Both the position numbers and the translations under genes were made by a program. The notes below the pieces were generated by a model. That model did not search any database. It had not been told where the DNA came from and saw nothing but the letters and a program-made list of their open reading frames with translations. 64,000 nucleotides of DNA, taken from positions 2,109 through 66,108 of the forward strand of contig CAMJQJ010000001.1 in assembly GCA_946408025.1 (NCBI GenBank). Reading direction: 5' to 3'. Shown one piece after another: positions 38,570 to 52,115 of this stretch (position 1 is the first letter of the stretch; each line of letters opens with the position of its first letter). This DNA is from an uncultured Faecalitalea sp. (GTDB lineage Bacteria > Bacillota_I > Bacilli_A > Erysipelotrichales > Erysipelotrichaceae).

Positions 38570-39652
38570 TTAGTCCTCCTTTGTCATTCTCTCCATTTCC
38601 AATTTCTCCGCCATTTCCGTCTGCACCGTAGGGAACAGGTGGGCGTAACGGTAAGTGATTTTCTCTGCTTCATGCCCCATGCGCTCCCCAATCGCCAGTA
38701 CCGAAAATCCCATGTTGATTAACAGCGAAACCGCACTATGGCGAATATCGTGGACACGGATTTTCTTAACGCCTGCCTGCTTCGCCCCTCGCTCCATTTC
38801 GTGATTGAGGTAGGATTTTGTAACCGTAAATAAACGCTCGTCCGGCTTGATGTCATAAAGCATTTTGATGTACTCCTGCATTTCCTCACAGAGAAACGGC
38901 GGCATTTTGATTGTGCGGTTGCTCTTTTTCGTCTTAGGGCTTGTGATAATGTCCCGCCCTTTGGAACGGTGGAAAGTCTTGCTGATTGTGACTGTCTGCT
39001 TCTCAAAATCAATATCAGCAGGCGTGAGCGCAAGCAGTTCGCCGGAACGCATACCGCACCAGTAGAGCATTTCAAACGCATAATAGGAACGGGGCTTATC
39101 CATCATGGCTTCGGAGAATTTCAGATATTCCTCTTTCGTCCAAAAGTCCATTTCCTTGACGGCTTCACTCCCAATCGTCCCCGCCCGCCTTGCCGGATTG
39201 TAGGGAAGATTATAGAAATTTACCGCATGGTTGAATATTGCCGTAAGTTGTGCGTGAATTGTCCTCAAATAATCTGCGGAATAGGGCTTGCCTTTCTCGT
39301 CCCGGTATGCCATCAACTCATTCTGCCACGCAATCACGTCCTTTGCTTCAATCTCTGCGATTTTGCGGTTTTCAAAGTACGGTAAAATCTTTGTCCGTAT
39401 CACATGGCTTTTGGACTCCCAAGTGCTTTCCTTGACGCGCTGCTTCTTGTCGGCTTCGTACACTTCAAAGAAACTGCCGAACGTCATATCCAGTTTTGCG
39501 CCCTGCTTTAACATGGCTTCATGCTCCCACGCCTGCGCTTCCCTTTTGGTTGCAAATCCCCTTTTTTGTGTCTGTTTCCTCTCCCCTTTCCAGTTGGTAA
39601 AGCGGTAGATAACCCGCCACGTCCCCGTAGCGTTGTCCTTGTATACAGCCAT
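38570..39652 (-). CDS. Tyrosine integrase
   Basis: KRGFATKREA, GMRSGELLAL, HDIRHS, RMGHE, YAHL. Confidence 0.93.
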   Translation of the reverse strand: MAVYKDNATGTWRVIYRFTNWKGERKQTQKRGFATKREAQAWEHEAMLKQGAKLDMTFGSFFEVYEADKKQRVKESTWESKSHVIRTKILPYFENRKIAEIEAKDVIAWQNELMAYRDEKGKPYSADYLRTIHAQLTAIFNHAVNFYNLPYNPARRAGTIGSEAVKEMDFWTKEEYLKFSEAMMDKPRSYYAFEMLYWCGMRSGELLALTPADIDFEKQTVTISKTFHRSKGRDIITSPKTKKSNRTIKMPPFLCEEMQEYIKMLYDIKPDERLFTVTKSYLNHEMERGAKQAGVKKIRVHDIRHSAVSLLINMGFSVLAIGERMGHEAEKITYRYAHLFPTVQTEMAEKLEMERMTKED

Positions 39653-39721
39653 TTCATCATCTCCCTTCCGCATATAGAATGGATTTTGTTAGGCATCGTC
39701 TTTTGATGCCTTATAAAATCC

Positions 39722-39907
39722 CTATATGCTTTGCTGATAACATACTTTTTTATGAAAAAATGTAGCGTTCACACGCCCTGCCACCGTCAGATAGCCCTGT
39801 TTCTGCATTTCTGCGTTCAGTTCCCTTACAATCTGATAGGCTTTTGACTTTGACACACGCAGTTCCGTTGCCACTTCCTCCACTGTCATAAAAGATTTTT
39901 CTGTCAT
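39722..39907 (-). CDS. Excisionase-like HTH protein
   Basis: FMTVEEVATELRVSKSKAYQIV. Confidence 0.8.
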   Translation of the reverse strand: MTEKSFMTVEEVATELRVSKSKAYQIVRELNAEMQKQGYLTVAGRVNATFFHKKVCYQQSI

Positions 39908-40131
39908 TCAGATATCCTCTCCTTTCAATGTTTAACTGTTTTTGTTTAAGTGTTGCATATAGAATACTAAATAAATTCCGTTAAGTCAAGTGGTTTTCAA
40001 GAAAATATTAACTTTTTTTATTTAAGTTATTCTTGCTATTCCTATTGCACCATGTTATACTAACTTCAACAGATTTGTTTAAGTGCAGTCATGCAAGGCT
40101 GTACCACTATCACTATAACGGAGGTTTTATT

Positions 40132-40692
40132 ATGGCAATCGGCAAACGTATCCGCTTTTTCCGCAACCGAAAAGGCATGACACAGAAACAGCTAGGCGAA
40201 ATCCTCGGCTTTCTCGGAAAGACCTCTGATGTCCGCATGGCACAGTATGAAACCGAAGCAAGGACACCAAAGCACGACCTTGTAAAAGAAATGGCGAATA
40301 TCTTTGATGTAAGCACCCACGCCCTCACCGTGCCGGATATTGATACCTTTATTGGGCTTATGCACACGCTCTTTGCGTTGGAAGATATGTACGGGCTGAA
40401 AATCGGGGAGATTGACGGAGAAATCTGCCTGCGCCTTGATAAGTCCGACTATTCCACTTATACGTCCATGTTCGATATGTTCCACGCATGGCAGGAGCAA
40501 GCCGCCAAGTTGGAACAGGGCGAAATAAGCAGAGAAGAATACGACCAGTGGCGGTACAAGTACCCAGAACTGGACACCTCAAAGCATTGGGCGAAAGTCC
40601 CCTCACAGGCGGTCAGTGATATGCTTATGGAAGAATTTCAGAAAATCGAAAAAGAAGAAAAGAAAACAGCTAAAAAGAAAAAGCAGAAATAA
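40132..40692 (+). CDS. Xre-family HTH repressor
   Basis: IGKRIRFFRNRKGMTQKQLG..QYETEARTPK; GGAGG RBS. Confidence 0.88.
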   Translation: MAIGKRIRFFRNRKGMTQKQLGEILGFLGKTSDVRMAQYETEARTPKHDLVKEMANIFDVSTHALTVPDIDTFIGLMHTLFALEDMYGLKIGEIDGEICLRLDKSDYSTYTSMFDMFHAWQEQAAKLEQGEISREEYDQWRYKYPELDTSKHWAKVPSQAVSDMLMEEFQKIEKEEKKTAKKKKQK

Positions 40693-40699
40693 GCATAAA

Positions 40700-40752
40700 A
40701 AGACCTTGCCGATATTCAGTTTCCATATCTGAAAATCAGCAAGGTTTTCTTA
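40700..40752 (+). terminator. Hairpin after repressor gene
   Basis: ACCTTGC-CGATATTCAG..CTGAAAATC-AGCAAGGT-TTTCTT. Confidence 0.55.
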
Positions 40753-40868
40753 TGCTAATGATGTAATTATTTAGTGCGTGATGTTGAAAATGTTGCCAAA
40801 TCGTTGCCAGTTCCTAAACAAATTTGCTTGCAACCCGCATAAATACCGGGTTCTCAAAGTCCATTTCA

Positions 40869-42416
40869 TCACTCGAACTCTATCGTTCCAGGAGGCTTAC
40901 TTGTAAGATCATACATTACACGGTTAACCCCACGAACTTCGTTAATAATTCTTGACATAGTTTTATTTAATACTTCATATGGAATTTCTGCAGCTTCTGC
41001 TGTCATGAAGTCAATTGTATTTACAGCTCTTAGCGCAATTGCATAATCATAAGTTCTTTCATCACCCATGACACCAACTGAACGCATATTTGTAAGTGCC
41101 GCAAAGTATTGTCCAATGCTTCTATCTAAACCTGCTTTAGCAACCTCTTCGCGATAAATCGCATCTGCATCCTGAACAATACGAACTTTATCCGCAGTTA
41201 CTTCACCTATGATACGAATACCTAATCCAGGTCCTGGGAATGGTTGTCTAAAGACTAAGTTTTCAGGAATTCCTAATTCCAACCCTGCTTTACGAACTTC
41301 ATCTTTGAATAAATCACGTAATGGCTCAATGATTTCTTTAAAATCAACATGATCTGGTAAACCACCAACATTATGATGAGATTTGATAACAGCACTTTCT
41401 CCGCCTAGACCGCTTTCTACAACGTCTGGATAAATTGTTCCTTGCACAAGGAAATCAACAGCACCGATTTTCTTTGCTTCTTCTTCAAAGACACGGATGA
41501 ATTCTTCACCAATGATCTTACGTTTTGCTTCCGGTTCTACAACTCCAGCTAACTTGTTATAATATCTTTCTTGGGCATTTACTCGAATAAAGTTTAATTC
41601 GTATGGTCCTTCTGGTCCAAATACAGCTTCAACTTCGTCTCCTTCGTTTTTTCTCAACAATCCATGGTCAACGAAAACACAAGTCAATTGGTTACCAATG
41701 GCTTTTGATAAAAGAACAGCAGCAACAGATGAATCAACTCCACCACTAAGTGCACACAATACTTTTCCATCACCGACTTTTTCACGGATTGCTTTAATTT
41801 GCTCATCAACAAACGAATCCATTCTCCAGTCACCAGAGCAGCCACATACACCACGAACAAAGTTATAAAGCATTTTTGTTCCTTCTTGAGTATGCAATAC
41901 TTCTGGATGGAACTGGATTGCATATAATCCAGCTTCTGTATTCTCACAAGAAGCACAAGGGCAATTATCTGTATGTGAAGTAATCTCAAATCCAGGAGCC
42001 ACTTTTGAAATATAGTCAAAATGAGACATCCAACAAATAGTCTTTTCAGATACTCCTTCAAAGATCTTAGATTCTTTCTTATCTACAATAACCTCAGTTT
42101 TTCCATATTCACGAGCATCTGCTTTTTCAACTTTACCACCTAGTACATGCATCATCAACTGTGCACCATAGCACAATCCAAGTACTGGAATTCCTAATTC
42201 AAACAACTCTTTTGAATACGTAGGAGCTCCTTCTTCATAACAACTATTAGGTCCTCCTGTTAAAATGATTCCTTTTGGATTCATGGCTTTGATTTTCTCT
42301 AAATCTGTCTTATAAGAATAGATTTCACAATATACATTGCATTCACGAACTCTTCGCGCAACCAATTGATTATATTGTCCACCAAAGTCCAGAACGATTA
42401 CCAATTCTTTTTTCAT
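40869..42416 (-). CDS. guaA: GMP synthase (glutamine-hydrolysing)
   Basis: [48 protein letters not shown]. Confidence 0.98.
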   Translation of the reverse strand: MKKELVIVLDFGGQYNQLVARRVRECNVYCEIYSYKTDLEKIKAMNPKGIILTGGPNSCYEEGAPTYSKELFELGIPVLGLCYGAQLMMHVLGGKVEKADAREYGKTEVIVDKKESKIFEGVSEKTICWMSHFDYISKVAPGFEITSHTDNCPCASCENTEAGLYAIQFHPEVLHTQEGTKMLYNFVRGVCGCSGDWRMDSFVDEQIKAIREKVGDGKVLCALSGGVDSSVAAVLLSKAIGNQLTCVFVDHGLLRKNEGDEVEAVFGPEGPYELNFIRVNAQERYYNKLAGVVEPEAKRKIIGEEFIRVFEEEAKKIGAVDFLVQGTIYPDVVESGLGGESAVIKSHHNVGGLPDHVDFKEIIEPLRDLFKDEVRKAGLELGIPENLVFRQPFPGPGLGIRIIGEVTADKVRIVQDADAIYREEVAKAGLDRSIGQYFAALTNMRSVGVMGDERTYDYAIALRAVNTIDFMTAEAAEIPYEVLNKTMSRIINEVRGVNRVMYDLTSKPPGTIEFE

Positions 42417-42484
42417 GTTTGTCCTCCTAAAAGCAAATTAATTATAAAATAGCTTGTTTACATTTACAACGAAAATGATGTTGG

Positions 42485-43138
42485 TTATGCATTTCTTTCT
42501 AAATATTCAATAACTTCACTTAAATTATTTCTTGTTTCTTGAATATATTTTTTCATTTCTTCATCTGGTTTGATTTGATCCGGAATAAAGATTGATTTCA
42601 TACCAGCTTTAAATGCAGCTGTTATTCCATGCTTGCTGTCTTCTAAAACCAAACATTCTTCCGGTTCATATCCCATTCTTTTGGCAGTTTCTAAAAAGAT
42701 ATCTGGTGCTGGTTTTGAAGGAAAGCCTTCTTTTCCACTTACGATTTGCTTAGGATGCAAAGTAAATCCAGCATGATTTATAAATTTTAAAATATCTTCT
42801 TTAGCTGAGCTTGAAGCTATTGCATAATCAATATTTTTCTTTTCTAAATATTCAATCAACTCTTGTAAGCCAGGCATGTTAGCATCCCCAGGATTTTTAA
42901 AAAAGTCAAAAAAGAAATCGACCCTTGTTTTTTGACAAAATGTCATTACATCACTAATTCCAGGATATGTTTGTTCAAATTCAACAATTTGTCTAGAATC
43001 ACATCCGATCATTCTTTCAATTACACTGTCTGGGCAATGGATCCCTGCATTATCTAATGCTTGACGAAATTGCTTTTTAAACATGATTTCTGTATTGAAC
43101 ATCAACCCATCCATATCAAAAATTACTGCTTTTATCAT
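42485..43138 (-). CDS. HAD-superfamily phosphatase (beta-PGM-like)
   Basis: FDMDGLMFNTE, KPAPDIF, LEDSKHG. Confidence 0.88.
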   Translation of the reverse strand: MIKAVIFDMDGLMFNTEIMFKKQFRQALDNAGIHCPDSVIERMIGCDSRQIVEFEQTYPGISDVMTFCQKTRVDFFFDFFKNPGDANMPGLQELIEYLEKKNIDYAIASSSAKEDILKFINHAGFTLHPKQIVSGKEGFPSKPAPDIFLETAKRMGYEPEECLVLEDSKHGITAAFKAGMKSIFIPDQIKPDEEMKKYIQETRNNLSEVIEYLERNA

Positions 43139-43213
43139 AATCAGCCTCCAACATAATATTTCCTAGATAATTATAATCTAGAGAACCTGAAAGTTTCTAT
43201 AATAAATTAAAAG

Positions 43214-43241
43214 AAAAAGCTGCATTATTAAATGCAGCTTT
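43214..43241 (-). terminator. Rho-independent terminator of the uracil permease gene
   Basis: AAAGCTGCATT-ATT-AAATGCAGCTTT. Confidence 0.65.
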
Positions 43242-43244
43242 CAA

Positions 43245-44501
43245 CTACTCCTCTTCTTTATTCAATAAATTAAATTTATCAAATAAGTAGAATAACAATG
43301 ACATTAGCATTGCTGTTATACAAGCAAGAACCATACCTGTTAGTGAAGTTGTACCAATTTGAACAACTACACCACTCAACCCAGTTACAAATACAACTGA
43401 AGTGAGAATCAAGTTAACACTCTTACCATAATCAACTCGCTTATCCACCAAAATTCTTAATCCACTTGTACCAATCATTCCATATAACAAGAAACTGATT
43501 CCGCCAATTACCGGATTTGGAATTGTTTGTATCAAAGCAGCTAAAGGACCAATAAAAGAACAAATAATAGAAAGAATTGCAGCTCCAGCAATTACCTGTA
43601 CAGAATAAACACCTGTAATTGCCATTACACCAATATTCTCACCATATGTCGTTGTTGGAACAGAACCAATGAAACCTGACAACATAGTTGAAAAGTTGTC
43701 CGCAAACAAAGAACGATGAAGACCAGGATCTTTGATCAAATCACGTCCAACAACTTCTCCCGTAACGATCTGATGTCCAATATGCTCAGATGCAATAACC
43801 AAGATGACCGGAAGAATCATTAAAATTGCACTGATATCAAACTTAGGGAATGTAAAATTAGGCAATGCAAAGAAACTTGCTTCCATTACTGGAGTAAAAT
43901 CAATCATTCCACACAAAACAGCTGCAACATAACCACAAATAACTGCAATCAAGATAGGAATAACACTCAAAAATTTCTTGAAACAAACACTACCAATAAT
44001 TGCTACACCTAAAGTCACACCAAATACAATTACATTATTTGGATTTACAACTTCATCTAATAACCCTGCTGTACTAGCTGCACTGCTAGAAAGTTCCAAG
44101 CCTATCAAGGCAACAACCGGACCCATGGCAGCCGGTGGCAATACAACATCGATCCATTTTGTACCAAATTTTCTAATCAAAGCTGCAAGTAGGCATCCAC
44201 AAAAGCCAACAGCAACAAACCCACCTAGAGCATATTCATAACCAAATTGTGCAATAACGATATTAGCCGGAGCAATAAACGCAAAACTACTTCCCAAATA
44301 TGCTGGTGCCTTTCCTTTCGTAATTAAAATAAACAACAAAGTTCCGATACCATTCATAAATAGAACGATAGCTGGATTAATTCCAAATAAGAAAGGAACT
44401 AACACAGATGCCCCAAACATCGCAAACATATGTTGAATGCTCAAAGGTAACATCAGCTTAAAAGGAACTTTTTCTTCTACTTGAATAATTCTTTTAGCCA
44501 T
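43245..44501 (-). CDS. uraA: Uracil permease (NCS2 family)
   Basis: QHMFAMFGA, YLGSSFAF, EHIGH, PTTTYGENIG. Confidence 0.92.
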   Translation of the reverse strand: MAKRIIQVEEKVPFKLMLPLSIQHMFAMFGASVLVPFLFGINPAIVLFMNGIGTLLFILITKGKAPAYLGSSFAFIAPANIVIAQFGYEYALGGFVAVGFCGCLLAALIRKFGTKWIDVVLPPAAMGPVVALIGLELSSSAASTAGLLDEVVNPNNVIVFGVTLGVAIIGSVCFKKFLSVIPILIAVICGYVAAVLCGMIDFTPVMEASFFALPNFTFPKFDISAILMILPVILVIASEHIGHQIVTGEVVGRDLIKDPGLHRSLFADNFSTMLSGFIGSVPTTTYGENIGVMAITGVYSVQVIAGAAILSIICSFIGPLAALIQTIPNPVIGGISFLLYGMIGTSGLRILVDKRVDYGKSVNLILTSVVFVTGLSGVVVQIGTTSLTGMVLACITAMLMSLLFYLFDKFNLLNKEEE

Positions 44502-44575
44502 AATCTTCTCCTCTTCTATAAAACATATTTATTTATACCATAATATTTGATTTTAGGGTATAATATTTTAGATAA

Positions 44576-44652
44576 GTGCCCGTAGCTCAATTGGATAGAG
44601 TACTTGATTCCGATTCAAGCGGTTGCAGGTTCAAGTCCTGTCGGGTGCGCCA
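44576..44652 (+). tRNA. tRNA-Arg(CCG)
   Basis: Acceptor GTGCCCG/CGGGTGC, anticodon arm CTTGA-TTCCGAT-TCAAG, GTTCAAGTC T-loop, CCA end. Confidence 0.93.
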
Positions 44653-44656
44653 GAAC

Positions 44657-44731
44657 GGCCTCTTAGTGAAATGGATATCACGAGATCCTCCTAAGATTTA
44701 ATTGTAGGTTCGATTCCTACAGAGGCCGCCA
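44657..44731 (+). tRNA. tRNA-Arg(CCT)
   Basis: Acceptor GGCCTCT/AGAGGCC, anticodon loop CTCCTAA, GTTCGATTC T-loop, CCA end. Confidence 0.92.
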
Positions 44732-44740
44732 TAAAAAATA

Positions 44741-44774
44741 AAAAAACGAATGAGATTTTTCCCATTCGTTTTTT
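44741..44774. terminator. Bidirectional terminator between the tRNAs and the Cof-type HAD gene
   Basis: AAAAAACGAATG..CATTCGTTTTTT. Confidence 0.65.
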
Positions 44775-44812
44775 ATTTATACTACTTAAATACAATTTAT
44801 TGTTTCAAATAT

Positions 44813-45547
44813 CTATTTACCATTAAATTGATCCACTGCTTCTGACAAACTTTTTACCACATAATCTGCAACTCTTTTTACATCCTCTGATGATTCTTGA
44901 AATGTAAACGATACATCCGCGGCATTTAACATACTTAAATCATTATATGAATCTCCAATCGCAAAAACCTTTTCAAGTGAAAAATGATTTCGTATAAAGT
45001 TAACCGCATTCCCTTTAGAACATTTTTTATCAATAATATCGACATAAAATTGATTTGGAAAAGCAGATAAATCATATTGTTTTGAAATATCTTCACTTAA
45101 TTTTTTGGCAATTTCTTCACTAGGTGTTGCTATTGAAATTCCTATGACTTGATCCAAATAAGGAGTAATATCACCTACTAATTTCTGTGGAACAGGAAAC
45201 ATTGCGTTCTTCTTTAGAGCTATCAGATCCTCTGTCGTTTGAAATACAAATTCATACGGTTTTATCAACTCGATTAAAGAAATTATATCCTCTTTTTTAA
45301 ACGTGGCTTTTAACAAAGGATTACGATTTCTATCAAGAATAAGAGCTCCATTTGTTAAAATATAAAAATCACATTCAATACCCACATCAAACAGGGGATC
45401 AAGACCTACAAGCGGCCTTCCCGTACATATACCAAATAAATTTTCTTTTTTTAATTCTTTTATCGCATAAACATCATTTCTACTAATTTTTTCTTCTCTT
45501 TCAGGGAAGAAAATGGTTCCATCAAAATCACTAATAAATGCCTTCAT
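44813..45547 (-). CDS. Cof-type HAD-IIB hydrolase
   Basis: SDFDGT, CTGR, NGA, SKGNA, IGDSYNDLSML. Confidence 0.88.
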   Translation of the reverse strand: MKAFISDFDGTIFFPEREEKISRNDVYAIKELKKENLFGICTGRPLVGLDPLFDVGIECDFYILTNGALILDRNRNPLLKATFKKEDIISLIELIKPYEFVFQTTEDLIALKKNAMFPVPQKLVGDITPYLDQVIGISIATPSEEIAKKLSEDISKQYDLSAFPNQFYVDIIDKKCSKGNAVNFIRNHFSLEKVFAIGDSYNDLSMLNAADVSFTFQESSEDVKRVADYVVKSLSEAVDQFNGK

Positions 45548-45647
45548 AATAAACCCTCTTCTATATGATATAACAATTATATTTCATATATATTTTTGTC
45601 ACAATAATATCAAATTTATTTTGGGCTCTAAAATCATGACCAATTTA

Positions 45648-46907
45648 TTAATATTTTTTCCCTGAAACATATCTTTGAACAATATTTCTATCGTCCCCTA
45701 GATGTATAATACGTTCCAAACGTTCTTCAATCGTCAAATTTTCTTGATCAACATAAAAATTTGAATCATCTAATACCAAAGCATCAAAAATATATCCTTT
45801 TTCAAAAGAACCTACGTTTCCAAATAATTTCCCACCTGCTTTTGTCGCCATATAAAACACTTCAGCAACGGACAAAAAATCATCTTTCTTCTTGCTTTCT
45901 AGCCATTTAAGTTTTGACAAATATACCGCTTCCGACATAGCTCTAAATATACACAAACTATATCCTCCAGAAATATCAGAGCCCAGACCTATATTGATTC
46001 CTTTATTCAACATTTTTCGTATCGGAGGTATTCCAGCAGCAACATTTCCATTCGATTGAGGACAATGAGCTATAGTTACTCCTCGTATCTTCAGTAAATC
46101 CATTTCATTTGCAGTTGGATATATACAATGTGCCATTACAGTCCTATTAGTCAATAAACCAAATTTATCATAGACCTCTCCATCTGAATCTAACTCAGGA
46201 TATCTATCATGAACAATCTTCATTTCATCAATATCCTCAGAAATATGAGAATGTGTTGCTAAATTATATTTATTAGCTAGTTTACCTAATCCCTGTAATA
46301 AACCACTTGAGCATGTAGGTATAAAACGTGGGGTAATACACGGTTTAACTAAATCATATTTATCTTTCGTTTCCAAGATCCACCTTTCTGTATCCTCCAA
46401 AGATTTGTCAGTTCCTTCATTTAAATAATCTGGACAAAGCATATCCATATTAATCTTTCCTACAAAACCACCTACTCCATATTGTTCCATTTTATTCATT
46501 AATAATTTTGTAGATTCCGAATGAATACTTGAGAAAATAACTGCTCGACATGTACCATTTTTTGCCATTTCCTGTACAAATCGGTCATAATACTTTTCTG
46601 CAAACTCTAGATCTGAAAATCTTGCTTCTGTCGGAAATGCATAAGTATCTAGCCACTCCATCAATTGCATATCCAATCCTAAGCCTCTATAAGGAAATTG
46701 TGGGGCATGAAGATGCAAATCATATAATCCAGGAATAATTATCCTATCGCCTAAATCTTTTACTTCATAATCTTGATAACATTCCGGTAATGTCTCGTAC
46801 ACACCTTCTATAAGCTCACCATCAACGACAAGATATCTATAACAAGTTTTTAACTTTTTGCTTGTTTCAGAATAAACAATATTTCCTTTTAATATTTTTA
46901 TTGACAT
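45648..46907 (-). CDS. guaD: Guanine deaminase-like amidohydrolase
   Basis: PGLYDLHLHAPQ, ITPRF, HSHISE, AHCPQSN, GLGSDISGG. Confidence 0.8.
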   Translation of the reverse strand: MSIKILKGNIVYSETSKKLKTCYRYLVVDGELIEGVYETLPECYQDYEVKDLGDRIIIPGLYDLHLHAPQFPYRGLGLDMQLMEWLDTYAFPTEARFSDLEFAEKYYDRFVQEMAKNGTCRAVIFSSIHSESTKLLMNKMEQYGVGGFVGKINMDMLCPDYLNEGTDKSLEDTERWILETKDKYDLVKPCITPRFIPTCSSGLLQGLGKLANKYNLATHSHISEDIDEMKIVHDRYPELDSDGEVYDKFGLLTNRTVMAHCIYPTANEMDLLKIRGVTIAHCPQSNGNVAAGIPPIRKMLNKGINIGLGSDISGGYSLCIFRAMSEAVYLSKLKWLESKKKDDFLSVAEVFYMATKAGGKLFGNVGSFEKGYIFDALVLDDSNFYVDQENLTIEERLERIIHLGDDRNIVQRYVSGKKY

Positions 46908-46964
46908 AATATCTCCTTTCAGCAAGAAAAGAGAAGCAATAATTACAAGCTTCCCTTTCTATTT

Positions 46965-50231
<3,267 letters not shown>

Positions 50232-50855
50232 ATTTTCAAACCTCCATCTTGAAGCAACTCAATCACTTGTTTTGCTTTTTCTGTAAAAAATCCATTTGTT
50301 GTAATAGATAGTATTGTTCCGACTCCAACGATTCCACCTAGAAGAAATCCTATTATTAAATATATTCCATCATAAATAATTCGAATTGTCATATATTTAC
50401 AGTGAAATTTTTTTATTATTCTAAAAAATATTGCATCCATAGGATTCATACCATTTTCAAATGTTTGCATCCATGCAAAACTTAATCCAAAACATGCCTG
50501 TGCAAATAATATAACAATTAATCGAATAAAAATACTTAATTCTTCTAAATTTAAATATTTAATAAAATGGGTGGGGACATCTATACAAACACCCAACACA
50601 AAAACGTTAATTACTGATTGAATACCAATTGCTTTTCGATTAACAACATAACCAATAACTAACAAAATTAAATTCAAAAACTGGTCTGTTACACCAACAC
50701 TAACGCCTGTTTTTTTATGAAACCCATCCAGAAAAACAGTAATGGGATCCGAACCAAGATTACAAGCTAAAAACAGTGAAATAGCTGTTCCCATCAAGAG
50801 TGTGGCAAGAAAACCCAAAATGCATTTTGATAAAAAAGAAGTAAGAGAAAGATGA

Positions 50856-52085
50856 TTACTCATTCTCTTCCTCTTCTTTTAGACATTGTTTATCATAGAT
50901 TCTAAAGAATGGATACCAAATCAGTCCCGTCACAACAAATACAATTAACATAACTATTACAGAACTGAAGCTCCCACCTGTAGCTAACCATGTAGTTATT
51001 GGATAAGGAATGTACCATAGTTGGTATAAAATATCCGGAATTTTACCAAATGGAATAACAACTGTTAATAACCAAGCTAACACTGGTGCAACAATTGCAT
51101 TGATCCACATTGGTACCATCAATAATGGATTGAACACAATTGCACCAAACACAATTGGTTCATTGATATTAAAAATTGAAGGAACAATTGTCGCACGACC
51201 TAAAGCTTTCATTTTATTTGATTTAGCCAAGAAAACCATGAATAAAACAAGGCTTAAAGTACAAGCAAGACCACCTATTTTTAAATAAGCATAATCCCAA
51301 CTAGATGTTGCAAAAAAGTTTGTTCCTTGAGTTATATTTGATTCAATATTAGCTAAAAGTATAGGTGTTTGAATTGGTGCTAAAATCCATCCAGAAATAC
51401 CCATTGAATATAGTAACATTACCAATAAATTTCCCAGTGTAAATCCCCAAATTGTAGAATACACATCACCCAATGGTTTAAAAATAGTTTGAATCGCAAT
51501 ATATAAATCAAAATGTAAGATATCAATTATTAACCAACCACCTAGAACAATTATTCCAATTGGTAACATTTGATCAAACCATTGACGCACAAAGTCAGGT
51601 AAAGCACTGTCCTCTTTAAAGAATGACATTTTACCAATCACTTTAAACACTAAACCAACAATACATCCAGTTATCATAGAAATAAACATTCCACTTGTTC
51701 CAAATGCATCATGGCTAAACCCGATTGCCCCATCAGCAACAAGTTGTGGTGTTATTGTCATACCGTACAAAATCAACCCAGCAATAGCAGCACAGTTTCG
51801 ATTTTTACGTAATCTAAACTTATCCATTAAGTTCATAGGTAACAAAAAAGCCATCATAATACTGACAACACTCATCGTCCAACCAAATGGTGTCCAGAAA
51901 TTTGAAAACCACTCTAACCCTTTAATTGCTGAAGGTAAAGTTAACACACAGAAGAAACTACCCAAGAAGATTAAAGGCATAATTTGATTAACAGTATCCT
52001 TAATAGAAGAAATCCACGGATTATTTGCAAATTTATTCATTTTTGGAGCAAATCCGGTTTCCAACCAATTCATTATCTTTTTCAT
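50856..52085 (-). CDS. PTS Lac/Cel family IIC permease
   Basis: PSIFNINEPIVFG..NP, IWYPFF. Confidence 0.9.
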   Translation of the reverse strand: MKKIMNWLETGFAPKMNKFANNPWISSIKDTVNQIMPLIFLGSFFCVLTLPSAIKGLEWFSNFWTPFGWTMSVVSIMMAFLLPMNLMDKFRLRKNRNCAAIAGLILYGMTITPQLVADGAIGFSHDAFGTSGMFISMITGCIVGLVFKVIGKMSFFKEDSALPDFVRQWFDQMLPIGIIVLGGWLIIDILHFDLYIAIQTIFKPLGDVYSTIWGFTLGNLLVMLLYSMGISGWILAPIQTPILLANIESNITQGTNFFATSSWDYAYLKIGGLACTLSLVLFMVFLAKSNKMKALGRATIVPSIFNINEPIVFGAIVFNPLLMVPMWINAIVAPVLAWLLTVVIPFGKIPDILYQLWYIPYPITTWLATGGSFSSVIVMLIVFVVTGLIWYPFFRIYDKQCLKEEEENE

Positions 52086-52115
52086 CGATTTTTCTCTCCT
52101 TTGTTTAATTTGTAA

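Larger units (their letters stand above)
33201..40868. mobile_element. Higher-GC integrative mobilizable element (integrase, Xis, repressor, AAA_25, MobV) at the guaA 3' end
   Basis: Cores at 33189 and 40869; TGTTGCCA arm pairs at 33303/33314 and 40791/40802; visibly higher GC than flanks. Confidence 0.9.

Noticed and set aside
10853..40868. Prophage or self-transmissible ICE interpretation
   Set aside because: No capsid, terminase, tail, VirB4 or coupling-protein genes; only integration, replication and relaxase modules
44502..44575. PyrR attenuator upstream of uraA
   Set aside because: Leader is only about 70 bp and AT-rich, with no PyrR-binding loop or terminator visible
44576..44731. 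tRNA genes as the island integration site
   Set aside because: No duplicated tRNA 3' end found; the duplicated sequence is the guaA 3' end
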